A DNA stretch of 59,472 bases from NCBI GenBank assembly GCA_025963875.1, contig JAOPZY010000023.1, positions 1-59,472 on the forward strand, written 5' to 3'. This document shows positions 9,596-18,150 of the stretch, one piece after another. This DNA comes from Actinomycetota bacterium (GTDB lineage Bacteria; Actinomycetota; CADDZG01; JAHWKV01; JAOPZY01). The translations under genes and the position numbers were made by a program. A model generated the notes under the pieces. The model did not search any database, was not told the origin of the DNA, and saw nothing but the letters and a program-made list of their open reading frames with translations. The stretch's first letter is position 1. Each line of letters starts with the position of its first letter.

Positions 9596-10052
9596 GGGAC
9601 TTCCTTTCTCCTGCAAGCCGCGTCATGTGCCCGTTCAGCTCGTCCAGGCCGCCCGCCAGGGCGGCGTAGGTCTCCGGGCCGAGCAGCGTGAGGATCTCGG
9701 CATCCATGGCGTCGGCCACCTCCCGCAGCACCGCGAGCCGCCGGCCGCCCGCGGGTGTGACGGTGATCCTCGTCACCCTGCGGTCCCGGGCGTCCCGGCG
9801 ACGCTCGATGAGTCCCTCCCTCTCCAGGCGGTCAAGGTGGCGGACCATCGTCGGCGCCTCGACGCCCATGCGGTCCGCCAGCTGGCGCTGGGACAGCTCC
9901 AGGCCCCCGGGGGCCTCGCTGGCCAGGCGCAGGACGATGAAGGCGGTCAGGCTGCCTCCGACCTCCCCCAGCCGGGCGTCGAACTCGGCGCGGGTGGCTT
10001 TTGCGGTCGCGGCAAGTTGGCGGCCGAGCGGGTGCGGGCCAGGATGATTCAT
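9576..10052 (-). CDS. MarR family regulator (SlyA-like)
   Basis: SQRQLADRMGVEAPTMVRHLDRLEREGLIER...DRR; palindrome GCTAA-CAA-TTAGC at 10054-10066. Confidence 0.9.
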   Translation of the reverse strand: MNHPGPHPLGRQLAATAKATRAEFDARLGEVGGSLTAFIVLRLASEAPGGLELSQRQLADRMGVEAPTMVRHLDRLEREGLIERRRDARDRRVTRITVTPAGGRRLAVLREVADAMDAEILTLLGPETYAALAGGLDELNGHMTRLAGERKSHAHAVL

Positions 10053-10205
10053 AGCTAACAATTAGCATACGACTCATTTTCAAAGCCTCAAGAAGCCACA
10101 CACCGTGGGGAGGAGCGCTCCGGTCGGGTAGGCTGCCGGCGCGGGCGAGCGGAGCGGGGCCGGGCGGGGCGCCCCTCGAGGCGCCCTTCTTGAAAGGAGA
10201 GGTGA

Positions 10206-10568
10206 ATGAGCCAGCAGATGCGCCAGCCCGTACGCCAGGAGTGGAAAGGCTTCCTGGACATCGTGAGCCGGGAAACAGAGGGCGAGCCCGTCACCATCGA
10301 GATCGTGACCGCCGAGTCGGGGAGCCAGGTCCAGGCCGACGGGCTGCCGCTGTCCTCCATCACCTACGACGAGAAGGACGAGGTCGTGATCGTCTCGGTC
10401 CGCGAGCCCGACAGCAGCGACCCGGTCCTTGACCACATCATCCAGAACCCCTGGAACATCCTCTTCGACCCACCGTTGCCCGGGTCCGTCCGCACCATCG
10501 ACATCGAGGGGGCCGATGGGGCCCACACCCTGGTGACCTTCCACGGCCGGGAGTCGCCCGAGGACTGA
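10206..10568 (+). CDS. DUF5335-like hypothetical protein
   Basis: Strong RBS AAAGGAGAGG; EW..FLD..S...G.PVTIEI...G.Q.....PL..ITYD.KD pattern. Confidence 0.75.
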   Translation: MSQQMRQPVRQEWKGFLDIVSRETEGEPVTIEIVTAESGSQVQADGLPLSSITYDEKDEVVIVSVREPDSSDPVLDHIIQNPWNILFDPPLPGSVRTIDIEGADGAHTLVTFHGRESPED

Positions 10569-10574
10569 CGCCCT

Positions 10575-11057
10575 CTAGCCGATCAACTCCTTCACCCATT
10601 CCCGCAGCCGGGGAAGGTGCTCGGCGTAGTGCTCGGGGCCTGCCTTGCGGACCCAGCGATCGGCCTCGACCGTGAATGATCCGGCGCCTTGAGGGACGCC
10701 CACGAGCTGGCCCACCTCGTGCAGCAGCCGGCTTCGGGACGCAGAGGCCTCGGTATGGACCACCGTCATCGGCTGGGGCCGGTTGGCCTCGAGGAACGCC
10801 GCGTTCCTGCCCTCGATGTCCATGTCCTTGCCGTCGAACGTGCCCACCCGGATCTGCTCCAGAACCAGCCCGGCCTCGGCCAGCCACCCGGCGACGTGGG
10901 CGAGGAGATCCTTGGCCGACCAGCCTTCGAGGAAGTAGCCGGGCCGCTCGGCCTGCTCGGGGCTGAGGGACGACAGGAGAACCTGGAACTCGGCCCAGCT
11001 CCGCCGCTCCTCCTCGATCAGCGACCGGATGTCGGTCTCCCCCCCGTCGCCGGGCAT
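10575..11057 (-). CDS. DinB/ClbS-DfsB-like four-helix bundle protein
   Basis: GWSAKDLLAHVAGW and EHYAEH motifs. Confidence 0.85.
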   Translation of the reverse strand: MPGDGGETDIRSLIEEERRSWAEFQVLLSSLSPEQAERPGYFLEGWSAKDLLAHVAGWLAEAGLVLEQIRVGTFDGKDMDIEGRNAAFLEANRPQPMTVVHTEASASRSRLLHEVGQLVGVPQGAGSFTVEADRWVRKAGPEHYAEHLPRLREWVKELIG

Positions 11058-11061
11058 CCGC

Positions 11062-11838
11062 CTACTGCTGCGGGACCCCGGTGGGGTTGATGACGCTGAA
11101 CATCGCCCCGAACGGGTCGACGATCCCCGCCAGCCGCCCCTGCGGGCTGTCGAACGCCGGAAGGAAGACGCCGCCACCGAGCTCCTTGGCCTTGTCGACC
11201 GTGGCGTCGACGTCGGAGACGACGAAGTACACGCCCCAGTAGGACGGCACCTCGGCGGGCATGCCGGGAGGCTTTGCCATCATCCCGCCCATCGTCCGCC
11301 CTCCGACCTTCCACTCCGTGTAGCCGCCGGGAGGACCCCCTTCGTGGGAGGTGTGGTCCCAGCCGAAGACCGCCGCGTAAAAGGCCTTGGACCCCTCGAC
11401 GTCGGAGGTGACGAGCTCGTTCCACCCGAGCGTGCCCTCCTCGTTCACGACGCCGGCGCCCTTCATGCGGCCCGGTTGCCAGATGCCGATCATTGCGCCG
11501 GCCGGATCGGCGAACACGGCCATGCGCCCTTCCTCCATCACGTCCATGGGCTCGACGATCACCGTGCCCCCGCTGGCCCGGACCTTCTCGGCGACGTCGT
11601 CGGCCGAGTCGACGTTGACATAGGTGGCCCAGTACGAGGGGCCGGGCGCCTGCTGGGGGCCGATGCCGGCGACGTTGCGTCCGCCCTTCGTCGCCATGGT
11701 GTACCCGCCGAACTCCGGATCGCCTTCCTTCACGTCCCACCCGAAAACGCCGCTGTAGAACGCTCCTGCCTTGAGGGGGTCCGGGCTGCTGTGGTCGACC
11801 CAGGACGGAACGCCGTGCTCGTAGGACTCGACTTCCAT
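11062..11838 (-). CDS. Two-domain VOC/glyoxalase protein (CFP32-like)
   Basis: GVPSWVD, AFYSGVFGW, GRMAVFADPAGA, duplicated VOC domain. Confidence 0.92.
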   Translation of the reverse strand: MEVESYEHGVPSWVDHSSPDPLKAGAFYSGVFGWDVKEGDPEFGGYTMATKGGRNVAGIGPQQAPGPSYWATYVNVDSADDVAEKVRASGGTVIVEPMDVMEEGRMAVFADPAGAMIGIWQPGRMKGAGVVNEEGTLGWNELVTSDVEGSKAFYAAVFGWDHTSHEGGPPGGYTEWKVGGRTMGGMMAKPPGMPAEVPSYWGVYFVVSDVDATVDKAKELGGGVFLPAFDSPQGRLAGIVDPFGAMFSVINPTGVPQQ

Positions 11839-11880
11839 GCGATGCTCCTCTCGAAAAGCTGGGATGAGGTGCGGGCCGCT

Positions 11881-12267
11881 CTAGCGGGCTCCCTGGGCCT
11901 CCGCCAGGAGCGCCTTCATCCGCTCGAGGAACTCCTCGCGGAGCTGGACGAGCTGTGGGGCCTGCTCGCCGAGAAGGCGATGGGCCTCGAGGTAGTCCGG
12001 CTCCTGCGTCAGCAGGCGAGGGTCGTCACACAGCTTCTCGACGAGGTCGAGCAGCCCGGCGAGCTGCACGGCCGGCACGGTCACGGTCTCGGTGGTGGTC
12101 GGGAATGCGAAGAGGTCCTGGCCGTGGCCGCCGCAGCAGGCCTCGCCCTCCATCGCGCACGCCTCGGCGCTGCCGGCACACGCGGCGTCGTGGGCACAGG
12201 GGCCGCCGGCGGCCGCATGTTCGTGGGCGCAACTCTCCTCGTGATGGTGCTCGGCAACGTCGGTCAT
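11881..12267 (-). CDS. Hypothetical protein with His/Cys-rich N-terminus
   Basis: RBS AGAGGAGG; EHHHEESCAHEH...CAHDAAC...C...CCGGH followed by a helical C-terminus. Confidence 0.7.
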   Translation of the reverse strand: MTDVAEHHHEESCAHEHAAAGGPCAHDAACAGSAEACAMEGEACCGGHGQDLFAFPTTTETVTVPAVQLAGLLDLVEKLCDDPRLLTQEPDYLEAHRLLGEQAPQLVQLREEFLERMKALLAEAQGAR

Positions 12268-12392
12268 CGTCGGGCCTCCTCTCCGGAACGTGGTCAAAAG
12301 CGTCCTCGGCTGCCCATTCTACGTGGGCTGCCGTGGGTATCCTGCGCGACAGAGGCTTCGAGCGACGTCTTCAACCGATCCGGGAGGTGCGC

Positions 12393-12854
12393 ATGGCCGA
12401 CGTGAACCCGATCCCCGAAAACTACCCGCAACTCACGCCCTACCTGGTCATCGACGGCGCCGAGGCCGCCATCGCCTTCTACAGCAGCGTCTTCGGCGCC
12501 TCCGAGCGTGTGCGGCTGCCGATGCCGGATGGCACGGTCGCGCACTGCGAGATGCAGCTCGGCAACTCGCTGATCATGCTGTCGGATCCGTTCCCCGGTA
12601 CCTCCGCCAAGACGCCGAAGGAGCTCGGGGGAACCCCCGTGACGTTGAGCGTGTACGTCGAGGACGTCGACGAGGTCTTCGATCGCGCGCTGCAGGAGGG
12701 GGCCATCGCGATCCGGCCGGTCGAGGACCAGTTCTACGGGGACCGGTCGGGACAGTTCGAGGACCCCTTCGGTCACCGCTGGAGCGTGCAGTCCCACATC
12801 GAGGACGTGTCCCCCGAGGAGATGCAGCGGCGCATGGCGTCCCAGGGAGGGTAG
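12393..12854 (+). CDS. VOC family protein (PhnB-like)
   Basis: ATG after GGAGG; LTPYL, AIAFY..VFGA, DQFYGDRSG.FEDPFGHRW. Confidence 0.92.
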   Translation: MADVNPIPENYPQLTPYLVIDGAEAAIAFYSSVFGASERVRLPMPDGTVAHCEMQLGNSLIMLSDPFPGTSAKTPKELGGTPVTLSVYVEDVDEVFDRALQEGAIAIRPVEDQFYGDRSGQFEDPFGHRWSVQSHIEDVSPEEMQRRMASQGG

Positions 12855-12860
12855 CGAGGC

Positions 12861-13964
12861 TCAGGGCTCGGCGATTCTCGCCATGAAGAGGACAGTGTCG
12901 CTCGCAGGGTGGCCGATCAGCAGGTAGAACGGCCGGTCGACGACCATCTCGACGTCCGGGAGGCTGCGGAACGCCACGGCCTGCACGAGCATGCCGGTGG
13001 CAGCGGCTCCTTCGACGCCGTTCTCGTCCACCCGCAGGACGGCTCGGTGGACCGCATCCGAGATGAACAGAGGCCGGTCGGCGACACCGGTGACTGCCGG
13101 GGCGTGCACATCGAAGATGCTGCGGACTCCCAGGGCTGCGAGCGGTCCAGCCAGACGAGCCCCGGCCTCCAGCCTGGTGCGGGGGAGATGGAGGCCCACC
13201 CGGTGCGGCGTGGCCGCGTTCCGGAGGGTGGCCAGGTGCCCGGCGGTGATCGGCTGCATCGACCGATCCGGAGGCAGGACGACCTCGGCCGCCATGCCCG
13301 CCCCGAGTTGCAGCAAGACGTACTGCCAGGCGGCGGCCCGGGCATAGCCGGTCTCCCGGCGGGCCCGCATCATCGGCACGTCCCGGGTGCCCGCGGGGGC
13401 GTGGAACGCCTCGTCGACAGTGTCCTCGGGACGGAACGGCTGCCGCCATCCCGCCAGTAGGTAGAGAGCGTTCACCAGCAGCGCCGTCATCCCGTCGAGC
13501 GTTCCCTTCTGGAGGATCTCAGGGACGAGCCCGCGGGTCGTTGCGGCAACGTCGGCGTTGACGAGCGTCCGGGCCTCCTCGGGGTCTCGGCTGATCGGGG
13601 CGGTGCGCAGGCCGGCCCCCGGCCATTGCGCCAGCTCGGCGAGGAACGACGGGTTGGGGATGCAGCCCTCGTCGACCCAGAGGCGGTTGGCCACCGCGAG
13701 CACGTCGTGGTCACTTTTACCCGGCGCCTTGAGGGGCGCCTCGGGTCCGCTGCTCTCCATTACCGACGCCGCCTCGCTTCGGAGGTCTTCCGACTTGCCA
13801 ACCGCGGCAGCAATCTCCTTTCGGGCCTCGCTCCCGGTGCCGGGGGCGAGCGCCGCCAGGGCGGAGGCCACCGACCACGGCGAGCAGACGAAGTTGGACG
13901 CGGCGTCCCCGGCCGCCGCACGGAAGAGGGCGGTGGCGAACGCAAGGTGCAGCGTGGGGTCCAT
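12861..13964 (-). CDS. Serpin (serine protease inhibitor)
   Basis: SPWSVASAL, LVNALYL...W, VPMM, hinge DENGVEGAAAT, C-terminal VDRPF...VLFMARI.P. Confidence 0.92.
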   Translation of the reverse strand: MDPTLHLAFATALFRAAAGDAASNFVCSPWSVASALAALAPGTGSEARKEIAAAVGKSEDLRSEAASVMESSGPEAPLKAPGKSDHDVLAVANRLWVDEGCIPNPSFLAELAQWPGAGLRTAPISRDPEEARTLVNADVAATTRGLVPEILQKGTLDGMTALLVNALYLLAGWRQPFRPEDTVDEAFHAPAGTRDVPMMRARRETGYARAAAWQYVLLQLGAGMAAEVVLPPDRSMQPITAGHLATLRNAATPHRVGLHLPRTRLEAGARLAGPLAALGVRSIFDVHAPAVTGVADRPLFISDAVHRAVLRVDENGVEGAAATGMLVQAVAFRSLPDVEMVVDRPFYLLIGHPASDTVLFMARIAEP

Positions 13965-14418
13965 CCGAGCAGCCTGACACAGGGGCCTCCGGGCAGCTGC
14001 TCCCCGGACTTCCGCGTCTTGGCGACCGAATCTTCCCGACATTTCTGCAACCAACAACCCAATAGTTCCATCTCTCCACATCCTGCCGAGTGTTGCCTGT
14101 GGACGTGTTATGGTCTCCTGGCGAATTAGGTGGCTAGACCTCAAACTAGGTGGATCAGCACCAAGGACCACCTGGAATCGTCGACGAACCTAGGGCCCGG
14201 GGCGGACTGCCCCTCATCCCGATTCCAGATACATGGTTCTCAAGACCGGCCAGGCCTTCTCGGCCACCGCTGCAGATCAGCGAGCCCCAGCCCCGGCTCC
14301 AAAGCCTCCTGGAGGTGCGCTATCACGAGCCGGAGAACCCTTTCTGTGGGGCTGGCGTCGGTTGGTATTTCGCTGGTTCGGCCCCTGTCCGTGCTTCACC
14401 TCGGCCAGCGACACGCCC

Positions 14419-15549
14419 GTGACCGGTGATCAGTCACACGTCCTCATCGTCGAAGACGATCCGCAGGGACGTCTCCTGCTCGAGCGCATCCTGGAGACGG
14501 AAGGTGACTATGAAGTCACGGCCGCCGCCAGCGTCGTCGAGGCCCGTCGGCACCTCCTGAACCGGGAGTACGCCGCCGTCCTGATCGATATCTGCCTGCC
14601 GGGACAGTCGGGGATCGAGCTCCTCGAATACGTTCACGCCGAGCACATCGACACGGCGGCGATCATGGTCACCGGGGCTGACGACCGGCACCTCATCGAC
14701 GAGGCATTTGCGAGCGGGGCCTTCGGGTACGTCGTCAAGCCCTACCGGGTGGGCGAACTGCTGATCAGCCTGTCGAACGCCCTGCACCGCAGGGAGCTCG
14801 AGATGCACAACCGGTCCCACATCCGCGAGCTTGAAGAAAAGGTTGTGGACCGAACCAGGGCGCTGCGCCACACGCTCGCCCCCCTCGGAGGGCCGGTGCT
14901 CCCCCCCATCGCCGTCGAGGAAGTGATCGAGCGATTGTCCGCAGCCTTGACAGTCCGCCATGAGGAATCCGGCGCCCACATCCGCAGGGTGAGCGAGTAC
15001 TCGGCACTGCTGGCGGACCGCGCCGGGCTCGAGGCACCAGACCACGAACGAGTGCGCCTCGCTTCCGCCTTGCATGACGTCGGCAAGATCGGCGTTCCCG
15101 ATGCAATCCTGCAGAAGCCCGGCCCACTCACTCCCGATCAGCGTGCGGTGATGGAGCGGCATACGCTCATGGGCCACAAGCTCCTGGAGGATTCGGACTC
15201 CGCCGTCCTCACGCTCGGAGCGGTGATCGCGCTCACGCATCACGAGCGGTGGGACGGCAAGGGCTACCCGGCCGGGCTCGTGGAGGAGGCCATCCCGATC
15301 GAAGGCCGGGTCGTGGCCGTTGCGGACGTCTTCGACGCGCTCACGAATGACCGGGTGTACCGCCGGGCGTTCTCGGTCGAGGAGGCCGTCGCCACCATGG
15401 CAGGGGGAAGGGCAAAGCATTTCGACCCCAACCTCCTCGATACGTTTCTCGAATCCATCGATGCGGTGCTGGCCGTCCGGGAGCGCCACCAGGAGCCGGC
15501 CCGGATGCCCAGCGGGGAGGAGGTCACGGATGCGCACCCAGTCCCCTGA
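14419..15549 (+). CDS. REC + HD-GYP phosphodiesterase (RpfG-like)
   Basis: Receiver domain (VEDD, D, T, KP), HDVGK, HHERWDGKGYP, ADVFDAL. Confidence 0.92.
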   Translation: MTGDQSHVLIVEDDPQGRLLLERILETEGDYEVTAAASVVEARRHLLNREYAAVLIDICLPGQSGIELLEYVHAEHIDTAAIMVTGADDRHLIDEAFASGAFGYVVKPYRVGELLISLSNALHRRELEMHNRSHIRELEEKVVDRTRALRHTLAPLGGPVLPPIAVEEVIERLSAALTVRHEESGAHIRRVSEYSALLADRAGLEAPDHERVRLASALHDVGKIGVPDAILQKPGPLTPDQRAVMERHTLMGHKLLEDSDSAVLTLGAVIALTHHERWDGKGYPAGLVEEAIPIEGRVVAVADVFDALTNDRVYRRAFSVEEAVATMAGGRAKHFDPNLLDTFLESIDAVLAVRERHQEPARMPSGEEVTDAHPVP

Positions 15550-17482
15550 CACCACCGAGCAGGCCAGCCTTGCCCAAGCGCAATTGGCCGCCATCGTGGA
15601 TGCGTCCGACGACGCCATCATTAGCCAGACGCTCACCGGAGCCATCGTGAGCTGGAACTCCGGGGCGGAGCGCATCTACGGCTACCCTTCCGACGCGATG
15701 GTCGGGCGCTCGATCAGCGTCCTCGTTCCCCCCGGCATGCCCGACGTGATGCCGGAGGTGCTGCATCGGATGCAGCAGGGCGAGCGCCTCGAGCGCTACG
15801 ACACCATCCACGCCACCAGGGACGGGGTCTTTATCGACGTCTCGATCACGGTGTCGCCCGTGCGGGACCCCTCCGGCAAGGTGATTGGGGCCGCGACCAT
15901 CGCCCGCAACGTCACCCAGCGCCAGGCGGTGGCGCGTGCCTTGCACGAGACCCAGGAGAAGTACCGCACCATCTTCGAGAACGCGCGCGAGGGGATCTTC
16001 TACGTCACCTCCGATGGCCAGACCGTGGCGGCAAATCCGGCCCTCGTCCGGCTTCTCGGCTACGACTCTGTGGAGGAGTTCATGAGCGATCCCGGCCACC
16101 TCCTGGGGTCGTGGATGACGAACCACAGTCACGAACTCTGGTCCCGGCTCGAAGGCGGACAAGGCGTGCACGACTTCGAGATGGAGGGCCACCGCCGGGA
16201 TGGCACGAAGATCTGGGTCTCGGCGACCATGGTAGCCGTGCAGGATGCCGCAGGCAGCCCCGTCACCTATCAGGGCACCGTCCTCGACATCACCGGTCAG
16301 AAGGGCTCCGAAGCGTCGCTGCGCCGGGAGACCGACGAAGCCGGCAGGGCGAACCGGGCAAAGACCGAGTTTCTCTCCCGCATGAGCCACGAGCTCCGCA
16401 CCCCTCTCACCGCGATCCTGGGATTCGGGCAGCTCCTGCAGATGGGTCGGCTCAATCCCGTGCAGCAGACCGAGTCGGTGGACAACATCCTCAAAGCCGG
16501 GCGGCACCTCCTGAGGCTCATCAACGAGTCCGTCGACATCGCCGGCATCGAGGAGGGGCGGATGGCCTTCTCGCTTGAACCGGTGCGAATCGGGGATGTG
16601 GTGCAGGACGCGATGGACCTCATCGGCCCTGCTGCCGAGCAACGGGGCATCGAGATCAACGTGTTCCCCGCCCACGCCGACTGCTACCTGACGGCAGACC
16701 GCCAGCGCCTTGTCCAGGTCTTCCTGAATCTGCTGTCCAACGCCGTGAAGTACAACAGCGAGCACGGTTCGATCACGCTCTCCTGCGGCGAGTCCAAAGA
16801 CAGAGGCAACCTCACCGTCCTCGTGGCGGACACGGGTCCCGGCATCGCCCCCGAGCTGCGGGACCGGATCTTCATGCCGTTCGAGCGCCTCGGTGCCGAA
16901 AGGAGCGGGGTGGAGGGAACCGGCCTCGGGCTCGCCCTGTCGCTGCAGCTCGTGCAGGCCATGGGGGGAACGATCGCCCTCGAGAGCGAGATGGGGACGG
17001 GAAGCACGTTCTCGGTCACCCTCCCCATCGTGGACGGCCCGGTTGCGCAGCTGGGGGAGATCAGCGGCTGTGGGCCCGCCCCGGACGACGCCGGATCCGC
17101 CTACCCACCGTGCACCGTTCTCTACATCGAGGACAACCTGGCGAATCTCGAGGTGATGGAGCTGGTCCTCGCCTACCGGCCAGGCGTCAAGCTCATCTCC
17201 GCGATGCAGGGCCGCCTCGGGTTCGATCTCGCCAAGGAGCACCAGCCCGACCTGGTCCTGCTCGACATGCGCCTCGCCGATATATCCGGCCGCCAGGTAC
17301 TGGCACGCTTGCAGAGCGATCCCACAACGGTCGACATCCCGGTGGTGATCCTGAGCGCCGAGGCCATGCCGGGAGACGTCGACAGCCTCCTCAAGGCGGG
17401 AGCCAGGGCGTATCTGACCAAGCCGTTCCAGATGGAGGTGATCCTCGAACTCATGGAGGAACTCCTGGGCGGCCCTTCCTGA
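15530..17482 (+). CDS. Cytoplasmic hybrid histidine kinase (PAS-PAS-HisKA-HATPase-REC)
   Basis: Two PAS domains, SHELRTPL, NLLSNAVKY, DTGPG, GTGLGL, C-terminal receiver domain; overlaps the HD-GYP gene. Confidence 0.93.
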   Translation: MRTQSPDTTEQASLAQAQLAAIVDASDDAIISQTLTGAIVSWNSGAERIYGYPSDAMVGRSISVLVPPGMPDVMPEVLHRMQQGERLERYDTIHATRDGVFIDVSITVSPVRDPSGKVIGAATIARNVTQRQAVARALHETQEKYRTIFENAREGIFYVTSDGQTVAANPALVRLLGYDSVEEFMSDPGHLLGSWMTNHSHELWSRLEGGQGVHDFEMEGHRRDGTKIWVSATMVAVQDAAGSPVTYQGTVLDITGQKGSEASLRRETDEAGRANRAKTEFLSRMSHELRTPLTAILGFGQLLQMGRLNPVQQTESVDNILKAGRHLLRLINESVDIAGIEEGRMAFSLEPVRIGDVVQDAMDLIGPAAEQRGIEINVFPAHADCYLTADRQRLVQVFLNLLSNAVKYNSEHGSITLSCGESKDRGNLTVLVADTGPGIAPELRDRIFMPFERLGAERSGVEGTGLGLALSLQLVQAMGGTIALESEMGTGSTFSVTLPIVDGPVAQLGEISGCGPAPDDAGSAYPPCTVLYIEDNLANLEVMELVLAYRPGVKLISAMQGRLGFDLAKEHQPDLVLLDMRLADISGRQVLARLQSDPTTVDIPVVILSAEAMPGDVDSLLKAGARAYLTKPFQMEVILELMEELLGGPS

Positions 17483-17494
17483 GACTCGCCCCCG

Positions 17495-17542
17495 GAGGTT
17501 AGTCGCCCTTCGCGCGCCGACGCGCGATCTGCTCCTAACGTC
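17495..17542. repeat. 48-bp palindromic element
   Basis: GAGGTTAGTCG-CCCTT-CGCGCG-CCGA-CGCGCG-ATCTG-CTCCTAACGTC; closest to the copy at 39330. Confidence 0.75.
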
Positions 17543-17573
17543 CGGGGGAGCCCCGTTGGACCGAAACTCCCGG

Positions 17574-17646
17574 TGCCCCCGGCAGGATTTGAACCTGCGG
17601 CCTTTCGCTCCGGAGGCGAACGCTCTATCCCCTGAGCTACGAGGGC
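17574..17646 (-). tRNA. tRNA-Arg(CCG)
   Basis: GCCCTCG acceptor, TAGCTCAG D-arm, anticodon arm TTCGC-CTCCGGA-GCGAA, GGTTCAAATCC T-arm; CCA not encoded. Confidence 0.96.
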
Positions 17647-17745
17647 AACCCGCCCATTGTAGTCGGCGGCCCGCGGTCGGTCGAAGTGCCCTGGAGCACT
17701 TATGATTCCTGGACGCTTGCCTGCTGCTCCTAGGACCTTTTGACC

Positions 17746-18150
17746 ATGCCCAAGACGATCCTGATCGCCGATGACGACCCGACGATCATCAAACTGTTGC
17801 AGGTGAACCTTGAGATGGAGGGCTATACCGTCGTCTGCGCCTACGACGGTCATGATGCCGTCGAGCAGGCCCAGGTGGAGCACCCCGACCTGGTCCTCCT
17901 CGACATCATGATGCCGAGGATGGACGGCTGGGCAGCACGCGAGGCCCTCTCGGCCATCCCGGGGCTCAAGGACACACCGGTCATCTTCCTGTCCGCCCGT
18001 GCCCAGCAGGCCGACCTCCGCCGGGGCTACGAGGCGGGCGTGGCCGCGTACGTCACCAAGCCATTCGACCCGACGGAGCTGCTCGACATCATCGAGCGGG
18101 TCCTCGACGGCAACTACGAACGCCCGCCCCTCGGCGGTGGGCGACTTTGA
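17746..18150 (+). CDS. Single-domain response regulator
   Basis: ILIADDD, LDIMMP, SA, KPF; overlaps the argS start (TTGA). Confidence 0.92.
   Translation: MPKTILIADDDPTIIKLLQVNLEMEGYTVVCAYDGHDAVEQAQVEHPDLVLLDIMMPRMDGWAAREALSAIPGLKDTPVIFLSARAQQADLRRGYEAGVAAYVTKPFDPTELLDIIERVLDGNYERPPLGGGRL

Noticed and set aside
10126-12340. GGGTA(G/T) hexamers upstream of DUF5335 and the PhnB-like gene as SigB promoters
   Set aside because: No matching GTTT -35 element; too weak to call.
14150-14418. Short ORFs or a STAS-like remnant (LQISEPQPRLQSLLEV) upstream of the HD-GYP gene
   Set aside because: Similarity is too short and codon bias is poor; cannot be supported.
17546-17646. Prophage or integrative element at tRNA-Arg or tRNA-fMet
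   Set aside because: No integrase and no duplicated tRNA 3' end seen in the window.
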